NCBI RefSeq assembly: GCF_964355755.1
Contig: NC_092680.1
Coordinates: 9,362,001-9,426,000 of the forward strand
Reading direction: 5' to 3'
DNA length: 64,000 nucleotides
DNA from: Antedon mediterranea
Taxonomy: Eukaryota > Animalia > Echinodermata
The notes under the pieces are model-generated. The model was not told the DNA's origin, made no database searches, and saw only the letters and a list, made by a program, of their open reading frames with translations. Positions 36,856 to 50,200 of the stretch are shown here, piece after piece (the stretch's first letter is position 1; every line of letters starts with the position of its first letter). Made by a program: the position numbers and the translations under genes.

Positions 36856-39800
36856 CAAAGATCTTATTATTATACTAAAGATGTGACACTTCCCGCGTTT
36901 ACGCGTAACACTTTAGAAGCGTCAAATTATAGTGCGCCCCCTCGCTTAAACGAGTAACGAACTTTTGCGTGACGATCGCAGTATTCTTAAGAAAATGGGA
37001 TTGATGAGTCGCGCCAAAGTTTGTATGGTTAAGAAACAATGAATGAAAAGAAAAAAAGTGGAGGGATATACTGTGCTGCAATTAATTGTAAAAGCAATTC
37101 AAAGGCCAACCCAGAACTTAAGTTTTACAATTTTCACAAAGACAAGAACAGGTAAATTTATGTAATTAAATAAGTAGCCTACATCTTAACATAGGCCTAG
37201 CCTATGCTATGTAGGGACTAACCTTACTTTACTGTGTATTCAATTTATACATATATTAATAAACTAGGCTAGGTAGGCCTATTATTAATAATTATTATTT
37301 AAACGTAGGTATGAAATGATTATTATTATCATTATTAGGCTACTACTAGTACATTAATTATATAACAGTGAACTTACACTAATTTCTTCACTGTTCCCTG
37401 GTTATATTACTTTATCCTTTAAAATTTAGTACCTTAAACAACTTTTAAAACTTTCAATTCAAGAAACATTTATTGACCAAATATTATATCATTACAATTG
37501 TTGGCATATAAGTAAAAATTTGGTCGAAAGACTACAAGAAGCCCAATTGGCATGTCGCTGTAGTCCCTCTTTTTACATTATACAAATAATAATAATAATA
37601 ATACTTAATATAAACAAATTGTGATCTTAATTATTTCATGCTTTCCGTCTCATGGTTAATATTTGCTTTCTGTCTCATGGTTATTTTATTTCGTTTAATT
37701 TAACTAGCCGTTACATACATTACAGTATATTAACGCATGAAATAATTATTATTATCATTATTAGGCTAGGACATTAGTTATAATAACAGTGAAATTACAC
37801 TATTTTTATTGTTCCCTGGTTATATTACTTATCCGTTGAGTAGCCCTAACAAACAATTTTTAATTGAATCTTATACTTAATATTTATGAAATTCAACCGT
37901 TAGTTAGTTAGTGGTTTTAGGTTAGGCTTAAGTATTTGACTTTAGGCCCTAACCAATTTGAAAATCAATTAGCATGCACGCAGACGTCCTATAATTACGT
38001 AAACGTTAATTATGATAAAGCAAAAACTCACCAGACAATTATTAATTTACAGGTGTGCAAAATGGGCCCAGAACACACGACGCGCGGATTTGAGAAGGAA
38101 ACCAAGTTCCTATTTACATCGTAATTTCCGCTTGTGCAATATTCATTTCGAAGAATCTCAAATACTGATGGTCACAAGAAGACTTGTATGGAATGCAGTC
38201 CCTACAATATTTGATGTCCCAAATCCACCACACCAAGTAACAGTGCGGCGTAAATTACCCACAAGACACTCGGAGGCAACACCAACTCCAGAAAACAATG
38301 TTCGAACGTTACAGACTGTTCACAGTGAAACAAGTAAGTGAATATAGTACTAGCGTACTAATAAAATACATTACAATAATTAGATTGTGAAAGTTCTTAT
38401 TTTCTTCCTGATACAAACATATCGTTCATTAATGTTCTCTTTTTATGCTTACCGTATTTGGCCTGTCAAAAAAGGTTATGTTGGCATTTAATATTTCGTT
38501 GTGTGACGTGGTACTTATTCTTAATTGTTGTTTTTGTGTAGGGCTCCCCGTCATCATTCTGATCATAACTATGCTATGACGTCTACCGTGACTCCTTCAA
38601 CACAAGACAGGACTGAAGATGAGTGCCAAGTTCCAAGTAAGCATTATATACCCTACACAAAATGTTATTTATTAAAGTCTAGATTGACTGATTGGATAAC
38701 TGACTGACTGATTCCAACTACTACTATTATTAATATTATAATAATAATTATTATTATTATCATTCTCAATCACAGATGCATGTGTTCCCTTTTTATTTCC
38801 AGATATACCGATACCCTTAAATGAGACGCCGGCTAGACAATCATGTCCGTCAACTTCAAGACTTAAAGCAAAAATGAAGAAGATACAGTCTACCATCATT
38901 GAACTAGCAGGTGGTGATCAAATCGAAAGTATAATTCAGAAAGCTAAAACCTACATGAGTACTAATGCCTTAGATTTCTTTGCCGGTCAACTACGAATTG
39001 GCAAGAAGAAACCAAAGAGCCGTCGTTATACAGTGAAAGACCGCTTGTTTTCAATGGCGTTACATTTCCAAGGTCCCAGGGCTTACAGGTTTTGTAGAAA
39101 GATGTTTGTCCTTCCACACCCAAGATCACTGAAAAGGTGGCTACAACGGATCGAAGTAAAACCAGGATTTAATGATGCCACTTTTTCATCATTAAAAATT
39201 AGATGTGCAACATTCAACGAACGTGAACGTGTGGTGGCCGTGTCCCTTGATGAAATGTCCTTGAAAGCTGCCATCAAATACAATCGTTATAAAGATTGCA
39301 TGGAAGGGTTAGAAGACTATGGGAGCATTGGCACAACAAAGAAGGTTGCTACACAGGCGCTAGTGTTCATGGTTAGGAGTATGACATCTAGATGGAAGCA
39401 GTTTACGTACGTAAACCTACGCATATTCTATGCTGTTAAATTCTTCAACAGAGACATAATCAGTGATAAGAAGAAGAGTAAAAAATTAATTAAAGTATCT
39501 CATTTATGAGGTATGGTAAAGTTGTAGGAGGTCTGTACGCGCCCCCGTGCATTATCGGCTAGAAATGATGATCATTACGACGGTCTGGTATGATGATTAA
39601 ATAATTGTAAATATGATGATTTTATTTCAATGCTTCTACATTTTTTATATTTCCTCTGGGTGGCCCGTGCATCATTTTGCAATAGTTATTGAGTTAATTT
39701 TAAACTCAGACTACTATAACATAACTAATTGCTATCTCAGGTTTTAAATAAATTATAATAACAAATGAATGTCATGGCGAATGATGGGTACATAATGCAG

Positions 39801-40241
39801 TAGTCCTAGTATGAATTGTCTGAGAATTGACTATCATAATCTGTTTCATGTCATGACTGTAGGCTTAAGCCTATGATTGTTTATAAATATATTCCTAAAA
39901 ATTACTGCAATAAAATAGTCGAAGTAGTGATTTTAAAAAGTGACTTCTTGTTCTTTTTTAATTGTTTATAACACACTATTTGACTAATATGTTTTCCTAA
40001 TATGCACTGTTTTGCTGCTGGATGAAAAGTAGTATATAAGATCTTTGGAATAAACCAAAGATCATATACTATTATTGTGATGAAAAAAATTGAGTATTCA
40101 GTTACAATACAGTAGACATATCTGATCCATAAATCTAATCCTTTGAGCGAGAGGGCGCCCTATAAAATGAGCTCCATGTGTGTTACATGAATTGCACGTA
40201 AAATTCCGAGAGTGTCCTATCTTTAGATTATAAGATCTTTG
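36856..40241 (+). mobile_element. P-element-superfamily transposon, internally deleted
   Basis: TIR CAAAGATCTTAT...ATAAGATCTTTG with further imperfect subterminal symmetry; 7-bp TSD GTTTCAG at 36849-36855 and 40242-40248; encodes a THAP-transposase. Confidence 0.9.
37039..39509 (+). pseudogene. Spliced THAP-domain P-element (THAP9-like) transposase, truncated after the first catalytic Asp region
   Basis: Exons 37039-37151 (CAAINC), 38053-38337 (W...LCNIHF...AVPTIF), 38542-38636 (DHNY) and 38803-39509 (GPRAYRF..LP..RSL.RW, SLDEM, ALVFMVRS...WKQ). Similarity stops abruptly at ~39400. Keeping frame between exons 2 and 3 needs the weaker donor at 38338 rather than gtaagt at 38334. Confidence 0.85.
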
Positions 40242-41220
40242 GTTTCAGGCAATTTTAAGCGTTTACAAAATTGCCATGAGTGCGCAGATTTTTGCGCGCG
40301 CACTGCGCGTTAAATGTTATTGCGCACTCTTTTTGCCCGATTTCTGTTTTCTTGACTTACTTTTCAACTCGAAATTACGTTATACGAGCACGTCAAAAGT
40401 GACAGGCTACGCACGTGTAAATTAAAAAAAATATAAATGTTTTTAAACATTTCAACATTTTTAAACACGTTCAGTAATTTCGGTCAGTATAGTTCACTAT
40501 GTCGGTCGGTCCGTCTGTCTGTTGGTCTGTCTGTCTGTCGGTCTGTTTGTCTGTCGGTCCGGTATCACTATGCATTGTAGCACGCGACTTAATGGCTGTT
40601 GGCCTTGTTTTTCTGTAAATTCGATCTCGTAAATTTTATGCTTAGCGCCCTCAATTTTTAGAACACAAATACACGTCAAAAACTAGTTTTATTTATAAAA
40701 AAATGTTGACTAAAACAAATGTAATAAAAAAACAAGCACAAACTGAACTTTCAACAAAAAATTTATAAAAAAATACCAATTTAAATTTAATTTGCATGTT
40801 AGATTTTATTCTTCATGTCTTTGACCTGGATAGACCTATATTATACGCTTTGAACAGTACTATATTATGCATTTTATATTGACTAGTCGTGCTTATTCGT
40901 GTTTAAATAGCTACAAATAGGATGCATGATCACCATGAGTAAAACATTGTATTATTTTTGTTTGTGCCGCATTGTACACTTTGGGTGGAGTTCCCCTGTC
41001 AATACAGAAAACATTAATACACATGCGCAGTAGTATTTCCTGGTGATTTTGTGTACAGTTAGTACGTCGTCTGGTTGGTGCTGGATGGAATAACATTTGA
41101 GATAGTGCCAACCGAAGCAGCAAAGTGTGGTACGGAATTCTCGTAGTTAAGTAAAGACTTAACTCTCTTATTTTGCGTGCTTTTTAGGTTGAAAAGGCAG
41201 TTCCACAGAATTCCACTCAG

Positions 41221-44200
41221 ATGGAAGAATTAGCGATGACAAAATCTGGTATTAGGATATACAAAATTGTGCTGCTAGGCTCCGGAGGTGTAGGAAAAAG
41301 TGGTAAGCTAGCTGAACCACCATGATTTGTCTGTTTGTGTGAGCTTGTCAGCCTTGTTGGTGGTGGTTCCATTTACGGTATTGTTAGCTAATAGAGGGCT
41401 GCATAATTTTAGGCATACCGTAACTGTATTACCTTCAATTCCCACATTACCTTCAAAATAGTTTAAAAAAATATATATTTGCACCTGTGTTGCATGGCCT
41501 AATCTAAACTAGGATAAATAAGGCATACACCCATCATCCAGGACAGGTTTTACATAGTCAGTGCTCTAATTGTTCAACATATGGGTTGGTCAGAATATGA
41601 ATTAAGAAATAAGTGAGAACATTGTGAAGAACTGTCACTGTCAGTCTGCCTAGGTAGTATTTAGGCCTACACGAAAATAAACTAAAATATTATTCATATT
41701 TTGTATACTCTAGCTAAGTAACTGTACCTACTACAGTACTACTGTATCAATTTCAAATGATTAAATAAAACGCTGTGGCTAAAGATACTGTACCGTATCC
41801 TAACTTCTATTTGCTAAAGGTACGGTAATGCACAAGTCAATTGTATGACCCACTATACGGCCCCCGGGAGATGTGCGTCATTTACAAATAATTACTGACG
41901 CAGGGGTGTGTCCAAAAACTTAGATGGTACGTCAAATCAATGACCAATGGTGTGTCAATGTCTGTCACTTTACCATCCAAAATATCATAAAAAACATGGT
42001 CACAGTGCGTCAAAATGGGTGCGTCATGGTCACCTAAAGGTAAGTCACATTATTGACGCATGCCATGGGTGCGTCATGGTATTCAAGGTATGACGCACAT
42101 CGGACAAATGACGCACCTCTCCCGGGGGTCGTATAGTGGGTCATACAATTGACAAGTGCATAAAATTGCATTACGTCATAATCAGCAAATAGGGTGCTGG
42201 GAAGTGTGTGACGTCATCGTATAAGGACTTTCGATTTTTTTTCATATCGCGTCTGTAGAGAATCCCATTGGCGGCGCCAGGCTGCATGGATATGGGCGCT
42301 GATTCTGTGACTCGGCCCCGGGGCTAAACCTAGCAATGTTAAATCCAGAAGTTTAATAACGGGCGGCAACTTCGATGCTGTAAGCAAGCTCATGTGCTTG
42401 GTGGACATTACCTAAAGGGTTTAAAACATGCACTCAATCTCAAATATTATTTCATTATACAACATACAGTAGTAGTATTATAATCCGATATGTTGGAAAT
42501 TATAATTCAATGGTCGAAATCGTGTTGCATCTTGTTCATTCATCCATAGTTACTATATGAGGGTTTTATTTTTATTCTAAATGGCCTATTTAGGCCTATA
42601 TTTTTTATTAAACTTTGTTTACAGATGGTGACCATAAACAACAAGCAAATGCGGACAATAAATGGGCCCTCAAATACTATGATTTAGACAGTAGCGCCAG
42701 GGCTGAGTCACAGAAATCAGTGCACACATTCTGCTGGCCCCAGCCTGGCACCACTTTCCCTACACAAACAAACTATAGGTTATAGTACGTAGTAGGCCTC
42801 TTTTGAAGCGGTTTTATGTATTCTAGAATTAAAATCAACATGTTTTGGGTTTTCTAACAGACGTACAGTAGGCTACATTTAGTTTTTGTCACACACGACG
42901 GCGATAATAGCGATAAATGAAGCATAAAGAAAATGTGCGGTTGATACTGGTTTTGAGATATGAAAACAAATCCAAAGTTCTTACACGATGACGTCACACA
43001 TGCACCACATCCCCACTGGCTGATTATGCAAACGGAAGTTAGGATATGGTACCGTATCTTTAGCCCTGGTGTTAAAAAAAAAGGTCAATGTTTATTCAAG
43101 GAGCTGCACCATGCACATTATACTGTAGGATGTTCACAAACAAGGCAAGTGCAACTAAAAGGAGGAAGATCCAAAATATTTCTGATACATATTTTTCAAT
43201 ATATGCTTAAAGGGATGACGAACAATTGCCCCATAGAAAACAGCATTTGCATGGAGTCTTGGACATCCTGAACAACGTCATATGAGAACAATTGTTTACA
43301 TTTATGATGTCAATTTTGTTGGGTCTGAGGGCGATGACCATGTACAAATCTGTTCGCTTTCATTACATTACTGGATAAATCATTTAAAATTCATTGTGAT
43401 TCTTCAAACAGGAATTAAACAAAATGTTTAAATAATAAAATAACTATAATTTGATAAATATTATAATAATATAAAACAGAACAGATATATACTGTGTGAT
43501 ATCATATTAAAGCTACTGTATTTCTTTAGTGTAGTATGATGATAATAATAAACTTGATAACATAGTTTCCTCAATTTTCATGCAAAATAACATGATAATA
43601 TAAAAATTATATTATAAAAATGAAATGTTTTTGGACATTTGTAAAATATGGAAGTACTGTTATATACGTAAAAAATGACCTTTGCAAAATACAGCTTTGA
43701 TATCAATTATCTTTTCAGATGAATTTAAAATTGCTGCTAAAAAATGAGTAATTAAATTTTGTTTTTCTACAATCTGTAAATATGAACATAATTTAATGTT
43801 TACATCCTTAATACATCGCTTACTAAATGAGATTAAAGACACCTTCCCTACAATTTGGGACGTTTTGTAAAAATAATACATATATATTACTTTAAAAACA
43901 TTAAACCAAGTCATTCCTTGTCTTAAATGTACGTTTTATGGTAAATTATGATAAAAAGTGAGAAACAATGCACTACCTAAGTAGTTCGCGGCGACTGACC
44001 TCTCGTGGACGGTCTTTAGGCTAGGCCTAGTTTTGTAGGCCTAGCTGGTAAACATCGGTAACGTACGAACATCGTACGCTAGCTATATACCTAGCCTGAC
44101 GTTGTATAGTTGCTGCATTAATTGTCTTTCTATTTTTGCCAGACTCCGTTAATACAAATTGGGGAAAACCCGGTAATTTCGCTGAAAAGTTAGGAGTCTT

Positions 44201-47200
44201 TCATTTGTTTTGGCCTCACGATGGATCGAAAAGTGGGTCCATTTAAAGACGAAAAAAGTTATCTCAATAGGACCACAGTATTATTTTTACATTAAATATA
44301 GTTTGTGATCTTAAAATAGATCTAAAAAACATAGGGAAGGTGTCTTTAATTAAGAACATATTACATAACTATTAAATATTTAATAATTATTCTGCTCAAA
44401 ACTAATGAGAAAAATAAATACTGTATGGTACTGTATGTTTCCTAGAATGTTTCCTAGAACACTTGTGATAGGAATACACAGTGCTGCTATTAAAGTTATT
44501 GGTATTAATTAATTTAATGTTTACATTCCTAATGTAGCTAGTGATATCAATTAAGAACTTATTACATGAATGTTTAATAATTGTCTACTAAAAAAACCCC
44601 AAAGAACGGAATAGAATGTATGTGGGAATGAACTATTGTTTTGATTTAGCTTGTTGTAATATTCCTTTGTCCCTAATTATGCATACACAGTCAATTTTAA
44701 TTAAAAATATTGATTTGTCAAGAATAAATCAAATACAACCGTAATTTTGGTGTCAACAAAATACAATAATGCACACAATCTATTGATCTTTTGATGTTGG
44801 TATTGATTACTGTAAAGTGCACCTTCTAAAATTGCACTCATTTTTGAACAATACAAATTTGTGGGTTTGGTATTATTAATCCATTGTTTATCAAGTCGAT
44901 TGTGTTTTTTTGTGCATTTTTTAGGCCACCAGGAAAATGGTAGAATTAGACCATTAGTACAGTATATATTGTAATTCATTGTTTTAAAATAAAATGTATG
45001 CAGAACTCATAATTTGACCGAGTGAAAAGGGATGTCTATGAAATATATTTTTTAGAGGATATCCCCGATAAATGAAAGGTGAAACCCTTAATATTACAAG
45101 GACTCCTATAAATTTGGTATTTCCTGAATGGCGTTATACAGTAGAACCCCTCCTATGGAAACCCCTATTTAGGGACTCCCATACTAAGAGGACACATTCC
45201 CATGAAATGAATTTGGGGAAATTTATGTTTTAACACTACAGTAAACCCATTTTCACAAGACACCCCTATTTAGGGACTCCCATACTAAGAGGACACATTC
45301 CCATGAAATGAATTTGGGGAAATTTATGTTTTAACACTACAGTAAACCCATTTTCAAAAGACACCCCTATTTAGGGACTCCCATACCAAGAGGACACATT
45401 CCCATGAAATGAATTTGGGGAAATTTATGTTTTAACACTACAGTAAACCCATTTTCACAAGACACCCCTATTTAGGGGACACTCTGTTGGGTCACAAAGG
45501 TGTTCTACTATATACAGTATATGTAAATATTCTCTAGTTCTTTCATGTCCTCTTGATATGAGTGTTCCCTGAATAGGAGTGTCCCAAAAGAGAGGGTCTA
45601 CTATAGATTTACACAGTTATAATAACAATTCATATAAAAATGTGTTTTTTTTTCAGCTCTTACTTTGCAGTTTGTAAGCCACAGTTTTTTAGACTATCAT
45701 GACCCAACAATTGGTATGTATTGCATTGTTTTTTTATACCATATATTGTAATAATAAATTAATACTATGAAAATAGAGATGCTGTATTTATTCGAATAAG
45801 GAGGGTTTTTAGGGGCTGTATATTCGAGGAAGGCGTATATTTGGGAGAGGAGTTTTTTGTGTGTAATATGGTAACATGTACAGTATAATCAAATAAATAC
45901 TCCCTAGATATAAGAAATGCATCACAATTAATATCAAGAAGTAATAAAATACTGTAAAAATTATATATTAATTTCTTGGTATTAAATTATAGATCATGTC
46001 AATTAATAAATTCTAATTGTGTATATATGTATGTGGCGAGGTGTTTATTGGAGGAAATAAATAAATGCCTGGGGCGTTTATTCGAGGGGGGAGGCGTTTA
46101 TGAGGGGAATGGCGTTTATGAGGCGAATTTATTCAAAGGAGGTATAAAAAAAATAAAAATGGTAATATGTTTACCAATTTTTACAACCAAAAAAGAGCTT
46201 GATTTTTGTTGACCAAACAAACAGAACCTGATAGAGGATATAAAATATTTCTTGATTTAATTCAGACTCTTTGGTTATTTTTTAGGTTAGGAAAACCATG
46301 ACATATTGAATCCACGCCTTAATTTATCATGCCATTTTCTAGCAACATTTATCTCCTTACTGTGTTTATCATTACTAAATGCAGATGATGCATTTAGGTA
46401 TTCCAAACTTAATTAGGTACATTCTGTATTTCTTGGAATTGAGTACTACAGTAGAGCCAAATTGATAATTTATTATTTTACTCCACCTTCCCTATATAAA
46501 CGAACATTTAATTAACTGCAGCTTCATTATTTTTTTTGCTTTACCTTCCCTATATAAACGAACATTTAATTAACTGCAACTTCATTATTTTTGGAAATTG
46601 AAATCCCAGGTCAATCATTTTAATTGCACTTTCTAATAAGAAGTCTTCGCCACAATAATTGTTTATACTGTAATTTTTTTTATTACGGATAACTACTGCA
46701 ATTGTAATTTTCTGTATTTTACTGCATAGTTGATGTTGGTCTCCCTTCTTGTTTTCTTGGGCCTGAATAATTTAATTTTATATATGTGGAAGGTTGTGTG
46801 TGTGTTAAACTTAGCTGCCTCACCAACACTGAATTGACTGAACTAGCAAAAAAGCAAACATTTTTAGTAGAGAGTTTTGTAAATTACTATTTTACCCATT
46901 ACTTTACTGTCCTATTGGATCAACAAAAAAGATATTCAAAGAGAAAGAGATTCAAATAAACTTTTATCGAGTACAATGACCTTATCATATAGGGTTTATT
47001 TTTTCTAAAAAAGTTTAATTTGTTGATCAGGCAATGATTTATACTACTGTATTAATATTAATTGTTTTTTTTCATAACATTTCACAACAAATTATTTATG
47101 GTACAGTATTACAGTATAGTAATTACCATAATTTATTTTAATTAATGAAAGCTAATTTATGTAGGAGGAGTGTTGCCTACATACTGTAATCCTACAATCA

Positions 47201-50200
47201 CTAAATACTAATTTGAGTAGAATACTCATTTGAGTGGAACAATAATATATTCTGCATAAAACACTGTAAATGATTTACATATACCTCTATACTGTTCGTG
47301 GCTGTTTGACCACTAGCAATACCCAGTCAATCGAATAGTAAGACTAATTTTGTCTATAGTACAGACTGTATAATAAGTAGAGGTTGTAATTCAGCTGTTC
47401 CCAGGGTAGTCAATGGCCTGTTTTCATTGGTCAGTTTGCTCTACGCATTCTGTGCTCTGTATGGACAAAAGATTTTATTCATTAAATACAGGGTTGAATT
47501 CTGCACTAAAATGTCACAAGATAGGATGTTTTGGCCTTAGAATAATATATACAATCTTGAAAATTATAATTTAAAATATTTTACAAATATTTTCAAAATT
47601 ATTGTCCCACAAATGCTACAGTACACTACTGTAATTAATATTTTTATAATTTCTAGGAATTAAAACAATTGAAATTAAAATTCTTATTAATAATAAGAAT
47701 TTTAATTTCAATTGTTTTAATTCCTAGAAATTTGAGTTATTTATAATTAATTTTCACTTTCTATTTTGCTAAATTATGATACTGTTTGCTAATACTGCAG
47801 TGTTAACTGTTATAATTAAGTTTTTGTTTAAGCACCTGTAGCCAGACCTTCTACTTAACCACTAATTTAATTAGATGTGCCCCACAGTGCATTAATCAAC
47901 CACTAATTTGATGCTGATAATTATAATGAGATGTTGCCACGCCTTCTATTGTTTAATCAGACATAGCCACGCCTTCTATTGTTTAATCAAACATAGCCAA
48001 ACCTTCCAATATTTAACTAGACTAAGCCTTCCACTGTTTAATCAAACATAGCCACGCCTTCCACTGTTAAATCAGACATAGCCACGCCTTCCACTGTTAA
48101 ATCAGACATAGCCAGGCCTTCCACTGTTAAATCAGACGTAGCCATGCATTCAGTGCTGTGTAATCAGACATAGCCACACATCCCACAAGTCCAGGCTAAC
48201 GATGTTTTGCATGGCATTTTTTAGGCCTGTCTGCCTAGAAATATATAGCCTAGCTAGACCCTAGAGTAGAACCAACGGCAAACAAACTTTTCTCGCCAAC
48301 GTGCCCTTATTAATAACATCATTATTCTGTTGTATGTGGTATGATAGTAGGCCTAGATGTTCATTTTATAAATAATATAGCTTACATAAAGAGTTCAATT
48401 TTTAATTTTTAATCCTACACTTGAGAGTTTTAGGCAGTGATAGAATGTAAACAAACCAACTCTCATTGGTCTTCCATAACTTGAACTGCGCTGTGGGTAT
48501 GGATGACGTGATTTTTAAAAAGCATTTACCAGATAACCGCTTAACGTCGGAGAAAATTTTCAGTTGTAATACGAAATGCATTTTAAAAATTTGGTCACAT
48601 CTTTTCCATTTACTATAAAACTATTTACAAATTTTATAGAATGTACATTTTTTTTAAATTATTTTTTTTAGTTTAAAAAAATCTAAATTATGGTACCTGC
48701 ATATTTTTATGGAAATGTTATTCTTGCAGTGATTGTTAATTTATGGATAATGCATGGAATTATACAAACGTTTTTTTTAGAAGAAAATGATAATTAACCT
48801 TTTTCTTTTATTTTGCTATGAGATTTAATTTCATACTGAACAGCTTGGATTGTTTTTCAAGCCAGAAACAACAAAGAAAATGAACCAAAATGAACAATAG
48901 GTCACTTGACTGATCTGAAAGTTGAACGCACTGTTGTTAGTTAAGGCCTACATGGTTAATACCATTGTATTGTACTCATATTATAATGAGATTCCTCAAT
49001 GGCAAATAATGAGTATTTATTGTGTTGCATATTGTGATGAGTTAGGCTTTGTTTTCTGCATTATTTATTCGCAAAGCAACCCTGGGAATTTTATGACTAC
49101 TACCAGTGCCTGGATACAGCTATTGTTAGTTGGATTGACTCATGTAATTAATATATTACTACAACGTGTTTCTGTACATATTATTATAAATTAACATTTC
49201 TATTCTTTACACTTATTTAAGATACTTATATATTTACCTTTTAAAAAATTCACAAAAAGTGTATGCAATTAATTAAGGTGTTTCTTTATTACATGTATAT
49301 TATAAATTAATATTTCAATTATTATGTGAAGGTTTTCAGTCTCCATTAAAATTAAAATGTTTGATCTGTATGCATTATTTTAATTATTATATCTAGTTAA
49401 GCTATTATTATTCATCACCGAATTGTAAAAGATCTGCTTAACATTTTTTTAATTTGTATATTATGATCTAAGCTGCACCACTGGCAGAATTAAGTAATTT
49501 GTACTTTAATGAACAGTAGTTGAAATAGTGGACCAAAGTCACTATTGTAATTATAGTATTCAACATTAATGCAAAAATTAATACTGTACTGTATGTGCTG
49601 CAGGAGCCGCAGATATAAGGATGTTCATTGAGCATTAGACTTTTTAATGTTATTGCTTTTGTTTAGAATAGTTACTGTACAGTACTTCCTTCCAATAATT
49701 CATATTAACAGACCCAGAAAAGAATGATTTAGTTGCTTTTCAGATTTCTATTTCATACACCTCAGTGCTTAATGTTATTTACAGTAGGGAGCTTTTCGAT
49801 TTGCTACGACCTAGGAACTACAGTAGTTCGATTGGGAGTTGGCATATAACCTGCTGTCAAATAGTACAAAATTGCTCATATTATTCTTAGCACTATAGCC
49901 AACTCTTGTGTCCAAACAGTGTATGGAATAATGCTGCTTATATAGGTATCTGCACATAATATCTTTGCAGTCTGCATTTTTTGAAGCACAACATTTGCTC
50001 ATATCAATGAAGGTTACAGTACATAGTAGTATGTTCCAATGCAATAAACATTATAATATTCTGTGCATTACTGTTGATCTTGAAGTTAATTATATTTCAG
50101 CATTGCATTATGTAGACTTCTTATTCAGCTAGTAATGCTGCAAAGGCAATTTTTGCATAGCATACCAACAAGGCTATTAAGTAGTGTTTATCAGCTCATT

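Larger units (their letters stand above)
36386..40608 (+). mobile_element. Helentron-associated interspersed element (HINE/DINE-1-like), split by the P element
   Basis: T-run start; subterminal IR AGTCGCGTG (36391-36399) paired with CACGCGACT (40581-40589); 5' hairpin agtcgc..gcgact; (GTCY)n microsatellites at 36423-36510 and 40501-40561; short 3' stem ggc..gcc followed by ttgt. Confidence 0.75.

Noticed and set aside
46485-46592. 58-bp direct duplication
   Set aside because: Ordinary local slippage duplication with no further structure.
49811-50044. 77-aa minus-strand ORF
   Set aside because: At most a very decayed LINE fragment; too weak to annotate.
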